This document shows positions 20,943-31,137 of a stretch of DNA of 64,000 nucleotides, in pieces. The stretch's first letter is position 1. Each line of letters opens with the position of its first letter. The stretch covers positions 2,048,001 through 2,112,000 of the forward strand of contig OZ219787.1 of assembly GCA_964291285.2 (NCBI GenBank). Direction: 5' to 3'. The DNA is from Alphaproteobacteria bacterium. GTDB taxonomy: Bacteria > Pseudomonadota > Alphaproteobacteria > Bin95. A program made the position numbers and the translations under genes. Below the pieces are notes generated by a model that made no database searches, was not told where the DNA came from, and was given only the letters and a program-made list of their open reading frames with translations.

Positions 20943-21326
20943 TCAGTCGATTTCACACTCGGCGCAAAGCGACGGCGCGGCCTCGTCGAGGCCGGCGCTG
21001 TCGTCGAGCGGGGCGAGACACCGCTTGCATCGCGGGGTCTCGTCCCAGGCGTCGAGGAAGTGGCGGGCGCGGCGCTGCTTCCAGTCGCTTGTGACGGCGT
21101 AGAACTCTATGCCGCACCAGAGGCAGTAGAAGCTGCGGGCGATGTCGGCGTTTCTGCCGCTGTCGTCACATTGAAGGCATGTATTATACCTGCGAGGCTT
21201 GTACGGATAGAGCCGACATTTCAGGGCTCCCTTACGGTTCCAGGTTCCTTCGATATCTCTTATCCGATTGTGTCCCGGTTCCGTTCTGGAGCCCCTATCT
21301 GTCGGCCCGTGCCCATTGCCGAGCAT
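20943..21326 (-). CDS. Small cysteine-rich hypothetical protein (four CxxC)
   Basis: CLQC, CLWC, CKRC and CAEC; start uncertain. Confidence 0.35.
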   Translation of the reverse strand: MLGNGHGPTDRGSRTEPGHNRIRDIEGTWNRKGALKCRLYPYKPRRYNTCLQCDDSGRNADIARSFYCLWCGIEFYAVTSDWKQRRARHFLDAWDETPRCKRCLAPLDDSAGLDEAAPSLCAECEID

Positions 21327-21497
21327 GCGAGCGGAGCGAGCCTAAGCCTCCGCGCAGCGGAGCCGTAACGCCCGCTTGCGGGCTCTTGCCGCGTAGCGGC
21401 TCGATCTATGCGTCCGGGCATCAGGGAGCGAAACGACCATCTGCCCGGCGCTGGGCCTGGGAGCCAGCGTATAGGGCGAAGCCCGAGTAGCTGGCGG

Positions 21498-21890
21498 CTA
21501 CCAGGCGCTCCGGCGCTTGCGCCGGGTAAAGGCCTTCGGGGCCGCGCAGCGGACCCGGCCGCATTGCATGGTATCGAAGGCAGCGTCCACCACGGGCGCG
21601 TCCGGCTCGATGAAATGCCTGCAGGCCGGCGCGTCCCCGAACGCCGCGCGGCCGACCTCGCCCAGCGGCAGTTCCGCCGAGCCCTCGTGGCAGACCAGCG
21701 CCTTCGCCCCGCTGTCGTTCAGCAGATAGGCCATCTCGTCGCGTTTGAGCAGGATGGAGACCGGCAGCACCGTCGCCCCGGCCTTCAGCACGCCGAAATA
21801 GAAGGCCGGGAAGGCAGGCACGTTGGGGCAGGCGAGCGCCACGATGTCGCCCGGCCCGATGCCCCGCCCCGCAAGGTTCGTCGCGGGCGC
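21498..21890 (-). pseudogene. Fragment of a long-chain fatty acid-CoA ligase N-terminal region
   Basis: GIGPGDIVALACPNVPAFPAFYFGVLKAGATVLPVSILLKRDEMAYLLNDSGAK; lacks the P-loop and the rest of the protein. Confidence 0.75.
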
Positions 21891-22202
21891 TGGTCTCCAG
21901 AATCGTGGCGAGCGAAAGCATGAAAGCGGGTCTCCGGTTCGGCCGCCATCCGGGGGCGGCAACTCCCTGCGCTCCAGCCTAAGGCCCCCGGTCCCCGCCG
22001 CCAAGGCGGGACACCCGCTTCCCGTTCCCCGCCCGCCTCTATCCGGCGGCATGCATCGTGTAGCTGAAGCCGATGGGCGAAACGCAAATGCGGTCGGTGT
22101 AGACGACCGGTCGGTCGCCCTCCGAGAAATGTTTTCCTGCTTATTCTTGAGAGTCATCTTGTGAGATTGTAGGTTTGGAAGGGTTTCTGTTATCGGGAGG
22201 TC

Positions 22203-23144
22203 ATGGATATGGCATTCAAGGTTGCATCGCGTGTTCGTGGCTTGAGCGACGATGCGTTCCGAGCGTCGTTCGGCACGGAGGATCAGTGCCGGGCGGTGCT
22301 AGCCCGATTGCGCTGGCCGAACGGTTTCGAGTGCGGCTCCTGCGGGCATCGGGGGCACTGCATTCTTGCCGGGCGCAGGCTTTACCAGTGCAACCGCTGC
22401 AAGAAGCAGGTTTCGGTGACGTCGGGGACGATCTTCCACTCGACCAAGCTGCCCCTGACGTTGTGGTTTGCGGCGATCCACCTTGTGGTGACGGCGAAGA
22501 ACGGCATTTCGTCGGTGGAACTCGGTCGCCGCCTCGGGGTCAGGCAGCCGACCGCCTGGAGCATGAAGCAGAAGATCATGGCGGTGATGGCCCGGCGCGA
22601 AGCCGACACGCGGCTCGAAGGACGGGTCGAGATGGACGACGCCTATCTCGGCGGGTCGCGCTCCGGCGGCAAGCGCGGCCGGGGCGCGCCGGGCAAGACG
22701 CCCTTCGTGGCGGCGGTCTCGACCAGCGCCGAAGGGGCTCCGCGCAAGGTCAAGCTCGTCCCGGTCAGGGGCTTCCGCAAGCGCGAGATCGCGCGCGGCG
22801 CCAAACGCTGGCTGGCCCCGGGGACGGAGGTCGTCACCGATGCCCTGCACTGCTGGAACGCCCTCGACGGCATCGCCGCAAGCCACAGCGCCATCCGTAC
22901 CGGCTCAGGCCGCCGGGCAGCCCGCATGGCCCCCTTCAAATGGGTCAACACGACCCTCGGCAACATCAAGAGCGCCATCGCCGGAACCTACCGAAAGCTC
23001 GGTCCCGACCATGCCGAACGCTACCTCGCCAGCTTCGCATGGCGATACAACCGACGATACCAACTCAACTCCATGATCCCACGCTTCCTTCACAGCGCCG
23101 TCAGAACACAACCCATCCCATATCAACTACTCATTGCACCCTGA
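22203..23144 (+). CDS. IS1595-family transposase (Zn ribbon + DDE)
   Basis: RWPNGFECGSC..CNRC, GTIFHSTKLPL..WF, VEMDDAYLGG, and YLASFAWRYNRR. The last codon was altered by the IS1380 insertion (originally ..IAG*). Confidence 0.92.
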   Translation: MDMAFKVASRVRGLSDDAFRASFGTEDQCRAVLARLRWPNGFECGSCGHRGHCILAGRRLYQCNRCKKQVSVTSGTIFHSTKLPLTLWFAAIHLVVTAKNGISSVELGRRLGVRQPTAWSMKQKIMAVMARREADTRLEGRVEMDDAYLGGSRSGGKRGRGAPGKTPFVAAVSTSAEGAPRKVKLVPVRGFRKREIARGAKRWLAPGTEVVTDALHCWNALDGIAASHSAIRTGSGRRAARMAPFKWVNTTLGNIKSAIAGTYRKLGPDHAERYLASFAWRYNRRYQLNSMIPRFLHSAVRTQPIPYQLLIAP

Positions 23145-25061
23145 TCGGCGAGCTGATTTTTTTTGCGGCTGGGTTTTGGCTTTCCTGGAACCGTTGTTGA
23201 GTGTTGCCGCGTTGTTCAGGCGGGCGTCGTCGGGTTTGGTATGGATTGGGAGCGGTCTGGCCGCAGTTTTTGCGACGATCCGGTCTTGATCGGGACTGCC
23301 CGGGCGCGCGTTTTCCTCCGGCGTCGTGCCGGTCGGGTTTTTCGGTGGGACTCCTGGGCGCGGGGATCAGCCGGGCGCGGGCGGCGGCATGGCGAGGTTC
23401 ATCCTGCGGCACGCTGCCATCAGATGGGGGCCGGCGTTGCCGAACACGAGTGTGATCCGGCGGCCATGGTGGACGACCCGGGCGACGAGGTGGATCCACA
23501 TCGCGCGCAGACGCTTCATCCGCGTCCATTGCCACTCCTGCCCGCAGGCGGCGCGTCGCAGCAGCGCCAGCACGTTCATCGCCAGCGCCGCGAGCCACAG
23601 CCAGGCGGCATTCGCGCCGAACCGCCCCGACGGCATCATCCCGCCCGCCAGGTCGGACTTGAGCACCGCATGCACCTCCTCGCCGTGGCCGCAACGGGCA
23701 TGAGCCGCGGCGACCACCTCGAAGCTGTCCATCACCTCCAGCCCGTTCGCCTTCTCCGCCCGGATGGCGTCGGGGGCGGGGAAGTTGGTGACATAGGCTT
23801 TGATCCTGTATGCGGGCTTGCCCCGGGCCGCCGGCAGGTCTCCTTCGTCCAGGCCCAGCTCGCCCGGAAGGGCGCGCCGGGTCACGACATGGCGGACCAC
23901 GTGATGCGGCTTCATCGCCAGGGTGCTTGCCGGGACATAAGGCAGTTCGGCGCATTCCAGCGGCGCCCTGTCCGGCGCCGCGCGCCTGTTGCGTGCGTTC
24001 ACCGGCATCGGGCGCCAGGCGTCTTCCCCGAGCCGCGCCACCTCCGCCATCAGCGGCTCCGAGCGCACCGCGCCGCAGACCAACCCCACCGTGCCGAACC
24101 GACGCGTCTCCTCCCTGCGGAACGCCGGGTCGTTGCAGGCGCGGATCACCTCCTCCTGACAAGCGGCCGCGTCGCTGCGCAGCACTACACGACCCACCTC
24201 GTCAGGAAGCTGCAACAGCGCCTCTTCAAGCCCGCGCCGGTTGTCCAGCTTCGCCGGCACATTGCCATCGCGCATCTCAAGCCACGGGACCATGCCGAGC
24301 TCCGGGCAGAACGCGATCAGCGGCTGATAACCCCGCTCCCCCGGAACCGAACCCGACGCCGCACGGTATGTCGACAGACAGGCCCGCTTGCCCGAAGCGA
24401 TGATTGTCGCGTCGAGGTCGATCGTCACCGCGCCCGCGCCCGACTCCCGCACCCCTGCCGCAACAAGGCGACGGGTAACCTCGCGAAGCAGGCCGTCCCT
24501 CTCGCCCGGCGCCGGGATCAACGCCGTCCCCTTCTTGCGCTCGGCGTCATGAACCCCCGCAACATGAAAACGGTCCAGCCAGTCACGGATCGAGCGCGCC
24601 GACGGAAAGCAACGCTCGCGACCGCCCCGGAACCGACGCGCAAGAGAACCGCGAGAGACCCCGAACAGCTTCGGCTCGAACCGGCGCACCAGAGCGCAAA
24701 GCCCGCGGTCCGCCTCCAGAACCTCAATGTCCGACACACGGTCAAGCCCCGCTATGTTCAGAACCAGAACCGCAAGGATCATCTGGCCGTCGCTCCAGCC
24801 CTGTGACGGACTCCCGGACAGACTCGGAAGACCCGCAAGAACCCGCCTCGCCGCCAGCAACTCGAACACCAGAACCACACCGCCACGCGCCGTCGAGGCC
24901 GCGCCGCCTCGCTCGACTGTAACCCTGACCGCAGAGCGATAACCCCTCACCATTCCTTCACCCGCTCGGTGAAAACCAAAATACGCCCACCAGGACGCTC
25001 AAATCATTGTAGGAAACGCATCGGACAACATGCCACCCATGCCGCAGCTCGCCGATCAGGG
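23139..25061 (-). mobile_element. IS1380-family element
   Basis: Perfect 17-bp IRs CCCTGATCGGCGAGCTG; 5-bp duplication TTGCA at 23134-23138 and 25062-25066. Confidence 0.92.
23367..24953 (-). CDS. IS1380-family transposase
   Basis: TIDLDAT, GYQPL, RDGNVPA, LRSDAA, RCGHGEE..KSDL, and PSGRFGANAAW motifs. Confidence 0.88.
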   Translation of the reverse strand: MVRGYRSAVRVTVERGGAASTARGGVVLVFELLAARRVLAGLPSLSGSPSQGWSDGQMILAVLVLNIAGLDRVSDIEVLEADRGLCALVRRFEPKLFGVSRGSLARRFRGGRERCFPSARSIRDWLDRFHVAGVHDAERKKGTALIPAPGERDGLLREVTRRLVAAGVRESGAGAVTIDLDATIIASGKRACLSTYRAASGSVPGERGYQPLIAFCPELGMVPWLEMRDGNVPAKLDNRRGLEEALLQLPDEVGRVVLRSDAAACQEEVIRACNDPAFRREETRRFGTVGLVCGAVRSEPLMAEVARLGEDAWRPMPVNARNRRAAPDRAPLECAELPYVPASTLAMKPHHVVRHVVTRRALPGELGLDEGDLPAARGKPAYRIKAYVTNFPAPDAIRAEKANGLEVMDSFEVVAAAHARCGHGEEVHAVLKSDLAGGMMPSGRFGANAAWLWLAALAMNVLALLRRAACGQEWQWTRMKRLRAMWIHLVARVVHHGRRITLVFGNAGPHLMAACRRMNLAMPPPAPG

Positions 25062-25850
25062 TTGCAGGATGATCCTTGAGAATAAGCAGGAATGTTTTTG
25101 CGAGAGCATGAGCAGCGCCCGGTCGCCATCCGCGTTCAACAGCTTCGCCTCGCTGGAATCGGCGTTGGCAGGCTGAATTCTGGTTTCGATCCGACCGATC
25201 CTGAAGCCGAGATTTTCTTCGACCAGAAGCTCCTCGGTAGGCACGCGGTCCAGGGCCGACGTATCGAATTTGGGAAATACGTCCGGAGGAAAGAAACAAC
25301 TCTCCGCCTCCACTGCCTCTTCCCCGATAAACCGCAGCCTTTCCAGAACGAAAACCGGCTCGTCCGACTCTATGTTCAGCGCTCTCGATACATCGGACGG
25401 CGCCTTCTTGCGGCCGAATGCCATCAGCCGGTAAGTGACGTCGTCCTCCTCCGGCGCGGTCCCGTCGGCGAACACCGGCAGACTGTGCATATCGACGCTG
25501 AAATCCGGGGCCGTTGCCTGCCTGCCGTCGGAACGAAACGCCCCGGCGCTGGCGAAGGTGCCTCGGCCGGGAAACCGCTCGATCCAGCCCTCCCATGCCA
25601 GCCGGGACATGGCGAATTGCACCGTCGCCCGGCTGACGCCGAACATGACCGCAATATCGGCTTCTGTGGGAAGCTGTTCTCCGGTTCCGATCCGCCCCTG
25701 CTGAATCCGCTCGCAGAAATGATCGTAGATGCGGGAGTGAGCTGGCGCCGGCTTCTCCAACTTTCCGACCCCCTGGCGTTCCAACCACTTTGTCCGGTAT
25801 CGGAATCTAGGCAAGTCGCACAAAATGACAATGATATTCTCCAATATAAC

Positions 25851-26190
25851 GTAAGCAGTGCCGACGGGACACCCGGCTCTCGGCTTGACGAGGGCCTGAA
25901 GGGAAGCAGCTCGTCGATGCGGCTGTTGGGATGGCCTGCTGCGATGGCTTCGAGAGTGGCCTTGAGCCAGGCATAGGGTTCGACACGGTTCAGCTTCGCG
26001 GTCTCGATGAGCAAGCCGATACGGCCCCAAGAGCGCGCGCCCACACCGTGGCCGGCGAACAGCGCGTTCTTGGCTGTGAGCTTCACCGGCCGGATTCGAT
26101 TTTCGACGAAGTTGCTGCCCATCTCAACGCGCCCGTCGTGCAGGAACACCAGCATCCTGTCCCACTGGTTAGCGATGTATTGTGAAATCT
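25851..26190 (-). mobile_element. IS66-family remnant (TnpC C-terminus and one end)
   Basis: DGRVEM.SN.VENRIRP..KNALFAG..LIETAKLN.VEPYAWL..IDELLP; GTAAGC terminus at 25851. Confidence 0.85.
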
Positions 26191-26350
26191 CCCCCCGGCA
26201 GCAATAGACTACCCCCTACCGGAATCGACCCGCATGAGCACCATCAGCCGAGCGAACCCAGCATCGCCATGCCAGACTCTCCCCCTTGACAATATGCCGG
26301 AGCCCGATACCGTCCTTGCTCCGTACCTTCACCATCCGGAGCAAAAGAGA

Positions 26351-27106
26351 ATGAAGTTTGGTTTCCTTTCCATTACCGTGGCGTTCCTTTGCCTTTTCAT
26401 CTCCCCGATATATTCCGCGGAACTGACCGATATGCCGGCGGGCAGCAAGGTTGAGAATGTCGTAGCCATAGGGAAGAGCCAAATCCCTCTGCCCAAGGGA
26501 GAATGGGAACTATTGGCGGCACACAATTGGAGGCGGGGTGGTCTCGGGAAGATTGGGGAAGCTGTCTTGAGCCAGGATTCTGGCGAATCCGGGTTTCATT
26601 TTGCCTTCATTCGAGGCAATGTAGAACTGTCCAGTTGCCGAGGGTGGAAGCGGTGGAACAGGTTGTGCGACCGGAAGGACACGCACCATAATTCATCGGA
26701 CAGAAACTATAATCCCAAGGATGCAAGCTGCTGGAATCTCAATCATCGCGTAATGTCCTCGTACAAAAATCCCAAATCTGAATTTCAGAAAAAAATAAAC
26801 CTTGCAATCAAAGAACGACGAATGGCAGGGGTTACATATATCAGAAATGAATTCTTCAAGTCGAGCAGATGTCATTTTGTCGTGGCCATGTATTATTCCG
26901 ATCCTGAACATTTCGGCTTTCCTCTGGAGAAAAGCGGGTGGACAAACAACGCTTGGCATAGAGACCGCCTCAATGAAGACCCACGGCGTGAAAAATTCGT
27001 CGCCGCGGCTAAAGAGGCCGGCCAGCGTCTGCAGGACGCAGTCGAGAAAGGTTTCGAGCGGGAACTCGACAGTTGGACTTCGGATATAGCGCTGAAATTC
27101 GAATAG
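26351..27106 (+). CDS. Exported hypothetical protein, low GC
   Basis: Signal peptide MKFGFLSITVAFLCLFISPIYSA; four further Cys; markedly AT-richer than the host genes. Confidence 0.75.
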   Translation: MKFGFLSITVAFLCLFISPIYSAELTDMPAGSKVENVVAIGKSQIPLPKGEWELLAAHNWRRGGLGKIGEAVLSQDSGESGFHFAFIRGNVELSSCRGWKRWNRLCDRKDTHHNSSDRNYNPKDASCWNLNHRVMSSYKNPKSEFQKKINLAIKERRMAGVTYIRNEFFKSSRCHFVVAMYYSDPEHFGFPLEKSGWTNNAWHRDRLNEDPRREKFVAAAKEAGQRLQDAVEKGFERELDSWTSDIALKFE

Positions 27107-27461
27107 CGGCTTCACGGAGCCACTCTTCCATCGCGGTTTCCAGCGCGGCGCGCACGAAATCGGCGCGCGGAGCGGAAGGCCCTCCAAGAGGATGGCGACC
27201 CGCTTTCGCCGCCATCCTCGAACACACCGACATCACCACGACCGCGATCTAGGGGTCCGTTCCGGTAGGGGGCGAAATCCTGCGCTCTCATGAGCGCAAT
27301 CGGGTTTCCCGAGCGTGCTGAGCCTATCCCGCCTGGGCGGGACGGTCAAAATGTTGAGCCTGTGCATGGCGCCGGAGACGGCAATCCGAACCGATGGTTG
27401 TCATACTCTCATTCGCGGGTTGGTTACCGCCTGACCTTGTCCGATGCGGGCTTGCCTCTCT

Positions 27462-27620
27462 CTAAGAACGGATATCTGTCCCCACGTACGCCGAGGGTTC
27501 GCTCATCACGCCGGGAGCCAGGAACACGATGGCGACCCAGGATGCCGCGGCCAGAAACACGCTGACCCACCACGGAACCCAAACAAGGAGCTCCAGCAGG
27601 CCCTCTCTCCGCCGTGCCAT
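27462..27620 (-). pseudogene. 52-aa membrane ORF resembling the N-terminus of membrane-anchored Mrr-like endonucleases
   Basis: MARRREGLLELLVWVPWWVSVFLAAASWVAIVF..; GGAGG RBS. Resemblance judged by eye only. Confidence 0.4.
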
Positions 27621-29290
27621 CTGCCGAACCTCCACCAGCCCCGCGGATCACGCGACCGCCGCCAGCGCCCGCTCCTTCCGGATCACATACGGGTTCGGGT
27701 CCGCCAGCTCCGCCACGCCAGGCAGCATCCAGTGACGCGCATGCCTCAGACGGAGCACGTCCCGGGGCATGTCCTTCGGCGACGCGATGACGAACTGGTC
27801 GTCCGGACCCATCGACAGGATTTCGTCGGCCGGAACCAGCTGTTCCTTCACCACCGACAGCGACTCCTGGATCGACCCCTGCCCCTCGGGCAGCAATGTC
27901 GCTTCCCTGACCTGCCCCGACCGACTCTCGCTCCGGTTCTCGAAGGTCGCGGCGCCGATCGCCTTGGACAGAACCTCCGCCCCCTCCACATCCATCCGCG
28001 GCCATCCGAGAATCTGGACCACTTCCGCGAGGTGCATCAGCGTCTTCCTGGAATCCCCTCCCCAGGTCTCGTCCAGCGCGGACACCGACTGCGCGAAGGT
28101 CCAGAAATGGACGCCCTTGCCCGCAGCCAGGTTGTAGCCGTCCATCACGGGCTGCAGATGACCCAGCGCCGGCAGCTCGTCGATGACGACGAGCATCTCG
28201 CGCTGCATCGCCCGCCGGGACGCCACCGCATAGGGGATCGAGATCCACAGTCGGAGCCAGCCCTTCACCAGGCCTGTCATCTCGTCCGGCACGACCACGA
28301 ACACGTCCATGTCGCCATTCGCCAGGTCCAGCGGATCGAAACTCGACGAGCTCGTATGCGCCGCGATCTCCGGATAGTTCAGGAACGAGAGCTGGTTGGA
28401 CACCGTGGTGAAGTTCGAGCCGCCTTCCTCCTTGCCCACGCGCCTGGACCGCTCCATCGCAAGATGCATCAGCCCCCCGCAGAACGGGTCGGTCGCTTCC
28501 ACCCGCGCGAAAAACTCGTCCCGCGCATCGTTGCCGAGCGACAGCAGCTCGTAGAGCGTCTTCAGGTTCCGTCGGTCCGGCGGCATCTTGAACCTGACCC
28601 AGGACAGGTAGCCGTTTATCAGCGAGCGCGCGGACTCGTAGAAATGCTTGGAGTTGCCGCCGTCGCTCTTCGGCCGTTCCATCAGCGCCTCGACCAGGAC
28701 GCCGATATCGCGGACCGCCTCGTCACCCTCGCGGATGAAATCCAGCGGGTTGTAGGTATCGCTCTTCCAGACCGGCAGATGCAGCACGGCGCCCTCGCCG
28801 AAATCCGCCTCTCCGCCCTCGAGGCCGCGATGCCGTGCCACCATGCCGAACGGATCGAGCAGGATCGGTCGGCGCCCGAGCGAACGCCGGCGGCGGGCGA
28901 CGATCGGGAACAGCTCGCCCCTCGGATCGATCACCACCGTGGAGCCCGGCCACCCACGCTCCTGCGGAGACAGGTAGTTCAACGCGATCGTCGCGCCCTT
29001 GCCGGTCCTGGGCGGCGCGAACGTCATCGCCGAGCCCTCCAGCGGATAGGCAATCAGCCCGTCACGGCTCTGTCCGAGCATCACCCCCTGGTTCTTCGCC
29101 AGACCCCGAAGCCAGCGCCGCTCCAGGAACTTCGCCTTTCCGAAAAGCTCGGACTCCGCCTTCTTCCGCCCCCTTTCACCGGCAATGCGCTTCACCGTCG
29201 TCCGGGCTGCCTGTCCCAGTATGTTCACCACGACGAAGGCCCCAGCCAAGGGGAGCAGATGGACACAAACCATCTCCCAGCTTTCTCCCA

Positions 29291-30742
29291 GATCGTGCCC
29301 CCGCGGGTGGTGTAAGAGCCTGGCGTCCGTAGCGGTGTCCGGCGGGTAGGGCCGGAACGCTCAGGCTGCCACGGCGGGCAACTTGACGGTTGTATTGTCG
29401 CTCACGGGAGCGATGGATTCCAGCGTCATGTATCTGGCTCTCTGGACTGCCCATTCATCGTTCTGCTCGAGCAGGATTGCGCCGATCAGCCGGGTGATGG
29501 CGTCCTCGTTGGGGAAGATGCCGACGGTGTTTGTGCGCCGCTTGATCTCGCCGTGGAGGCGTTCGAGCGGGTTTGTCGAGTGCAGCTTGGCGCGGTGCGC
29601 GGCCGGGAAGGTCATGTAGGCGAGAACATCGTGCTCGGCCTCGTCCATGATGGCGGCGAGCTTTGGCGCCTTGGGCCTGAGCTGGTCGGCGACCTGGCGC
29701 CACTGGGCGGAGGCGCTGTCTGCATCCTCCTGGGCGAAGGCGGTAGTGACGAAGGCGGAGACGACGCGCCGGCCCTGCTTGCCGGCATGGGCGAGCAGGT
29801 TGCGCATGAAGTGGACGCGGCATCTCTGCCAGGTGGCGCCGAAGATGCGGGTGGCGGCGGCCTTCAGGCCCTTGTGGTCGTCGGAGATCACCAGCTTGAC
29901 GCCGCGCAGGCCGCGGCGGGCGAGCGAGCGCAGGAAGTCGGTCCAGAAGGTCTCGGCCTCGGACGCGCCGATCGCCATGCCGAGCACCTCGCGCCGGCCC
30001 TGATCGTTGACCGCCACCGCGATGGTGACCGCGACCGAGACGACGCGCCCGGCCTCGCGCATCTTCACATAGGTCGCGTCAAGCCAGAGATACGGCCAGT
30101 CGCCCTCCAGCGGCCGGTCGAGGAAGTCGCGGATCTTGTCGTCGATCTCGCCGCACAGCCGCGACACCTGGCTCTTGGAGATGCCCGACATGCCCATCGC
30201 CTGCACCAGGTCGTCCACCGAGCGGGTCGATACGCCCTTGATGTAGGCCTCCTGGATCACCGCCGTCAGCGCCTTCTCCGCCATCCGCCGCGGTTCAAGG
30301 AAGCCCGGGAAGTAGCTCCCCTTGCGCAGCTTCGGGATCTTCAGTTCGACCGTGCCGGCCCGCGTCTCCCAGACCCGGTCCCGGTAGCCGTTGCGCTGCG
30401 TGATCCGGTCCGGCGAGCGCTCGCCGTGCGCGGCGCCCGCAAGGCCCTCAACCTCAAGCGCCATCAGACGCGCGGCCGTGAACCCGATCATCTCGCGAAG
30501 CAGGTCGGCGTCGGAACTCTTCTCCAACAGCGCCCGCAGGGTCATCATGTCGGTGGTGGTCATCGTGGTACTCCTCCGGTCAGGTGGACTGTGACAGCCC
30601 AACCCTAACCGGCACCGCGATGGCCTCCGCTGTGGGTAAGTGGCCCGCCGCCGCCTGACTCCAGACGGTCGCGGCGGCGGGCCACTTACCCACAGCTACC
30701 ACCGGAAGCTTCAGCTCCTACACCACCCCTGGGGACACGACC
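29291..30742 (-). mobile_element. IS256-family element
   Basis: Imperfect 24-bp IRs GATCGTGCCCC..GGTGGTGTA / TACACCACC..GGACACGACC; 8-bp duplication TTCTCCCA. Confidence 0.95.
29361..30563 (-). CDS. IS256-family transposase
   Basis: [32 protein letters not shown], and STNPLER motifs. Confidence 0.95.
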   Translation of the reverse strand: MTTTDMMTLRALLEKSSDADLLREMIGFTAARLMALEVEGLAGAAHGERSPDRITQRNGYRDRVWETRAGTVELKIPKLRKGSYFPGFLEPRRMAEKALTAVIQEAYIKGVSTRSVDDLVQAMGMSGISKSQVSRLCGEIDDKIRDFLDRPLEGDWPYLWLDATYVKMREAGRVVSVAVTIAVAVNDQGRREVLGMAIGASEAETFWTDFLRSLARRGLRGVKLVISDDHKGLKAAATRIFGATWQRCRVHFMRNLLAHAGKQGRRVVSAFVTTAFAQEDADSASAQWRQVADQLRPKAPKLAAIMDEAEHDVLAYMTFPAAHRAKLHSTNPLERLHGEIKRRTNTVGIFPNEDAITRLIGAILLEQNDEWAVQRARYMTLESIAPVSDNTTVKLPAVAA

Positions 30743-31137
30743 TTCTCCCAGCCTGTCCCAGGCCGCACCGCGAAGCCGGAGGAGTCCTCCCCATATCCGG
30801 GACTCGATCATGTACACCCACGCACCGCCCGACATGACGAACGCCATGCCGAGCCCCAGCCCGAAACTCCGCACCTCGCCGGCACGCGACCGCCCGCAGA
30901 AGCACCAGGCCACCAGCCCGCCAACAAGCACCGCCAGAAGCAGTCTCGCAGCCATGTCCGCTTCCGGCCTTCCCGCAACCAGCCAGACCCCAACGCCAAG
31001 ACCGAGCGCCGTAAAGACGCCCGCCACACCGAAGCCCTTCCACCTGTCGCCCATCAGACGCTCCTTTCAACCCGGTTCCGTTCATCGCCCGGAAGCGCGA
31101 CAATCGGGCCGATCCGCCCGATTCTGGACTAAGCCGC

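Larger units (their letters stand above)
22136..25090 (+). mobile_element. IS1595-family element containing a nested IS1380
   Basis: Imperfect IRs CCTGCTTATTCT.. / ..AGAATAAGCAGG; 8-bp target duplication AATGTTTT at 22128-22135 and 25091-25098. Confidence 0.92.
22039..25760 (-). pseudogene. GntR/HutC-family regulator (HTH + UTRA) split by IS1595
   Basis: N-terminal part 25091..~25760 (GEQLPTEADIAVMFGVSRATV..GRGTF). Removing 22136-25090 and one target-duplication copy joins ..LSQKH to FSEGDRPVVYTDRI..HAAG* at 22039. Confidence 0.85.
27648..31054 (-). pseudogene. virD4: VirD4/TraG-type IV coupling protein split by IS256 (about 648 aa when rejoined)
   Basis: Walker A FAPPRTGKG, VVIDPRGE, YNPLDFI, Walker B VVIDELPALG. 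The TM N-terminus 31054..30743 joins in frame (..LGE|SWEMVC..) across the IS. Confidence 0.88.

Noticed and set aside
26209-26233. Minus-strand GCGGGTCGATTCCGGTAGGGGGTA resembles a tRNA T-arm/3' end (att site)
   Set aside because: The T-loop and stem are imperfect, there is no CCA or cloverleaf, and the partner copy is inverted rather than direct.
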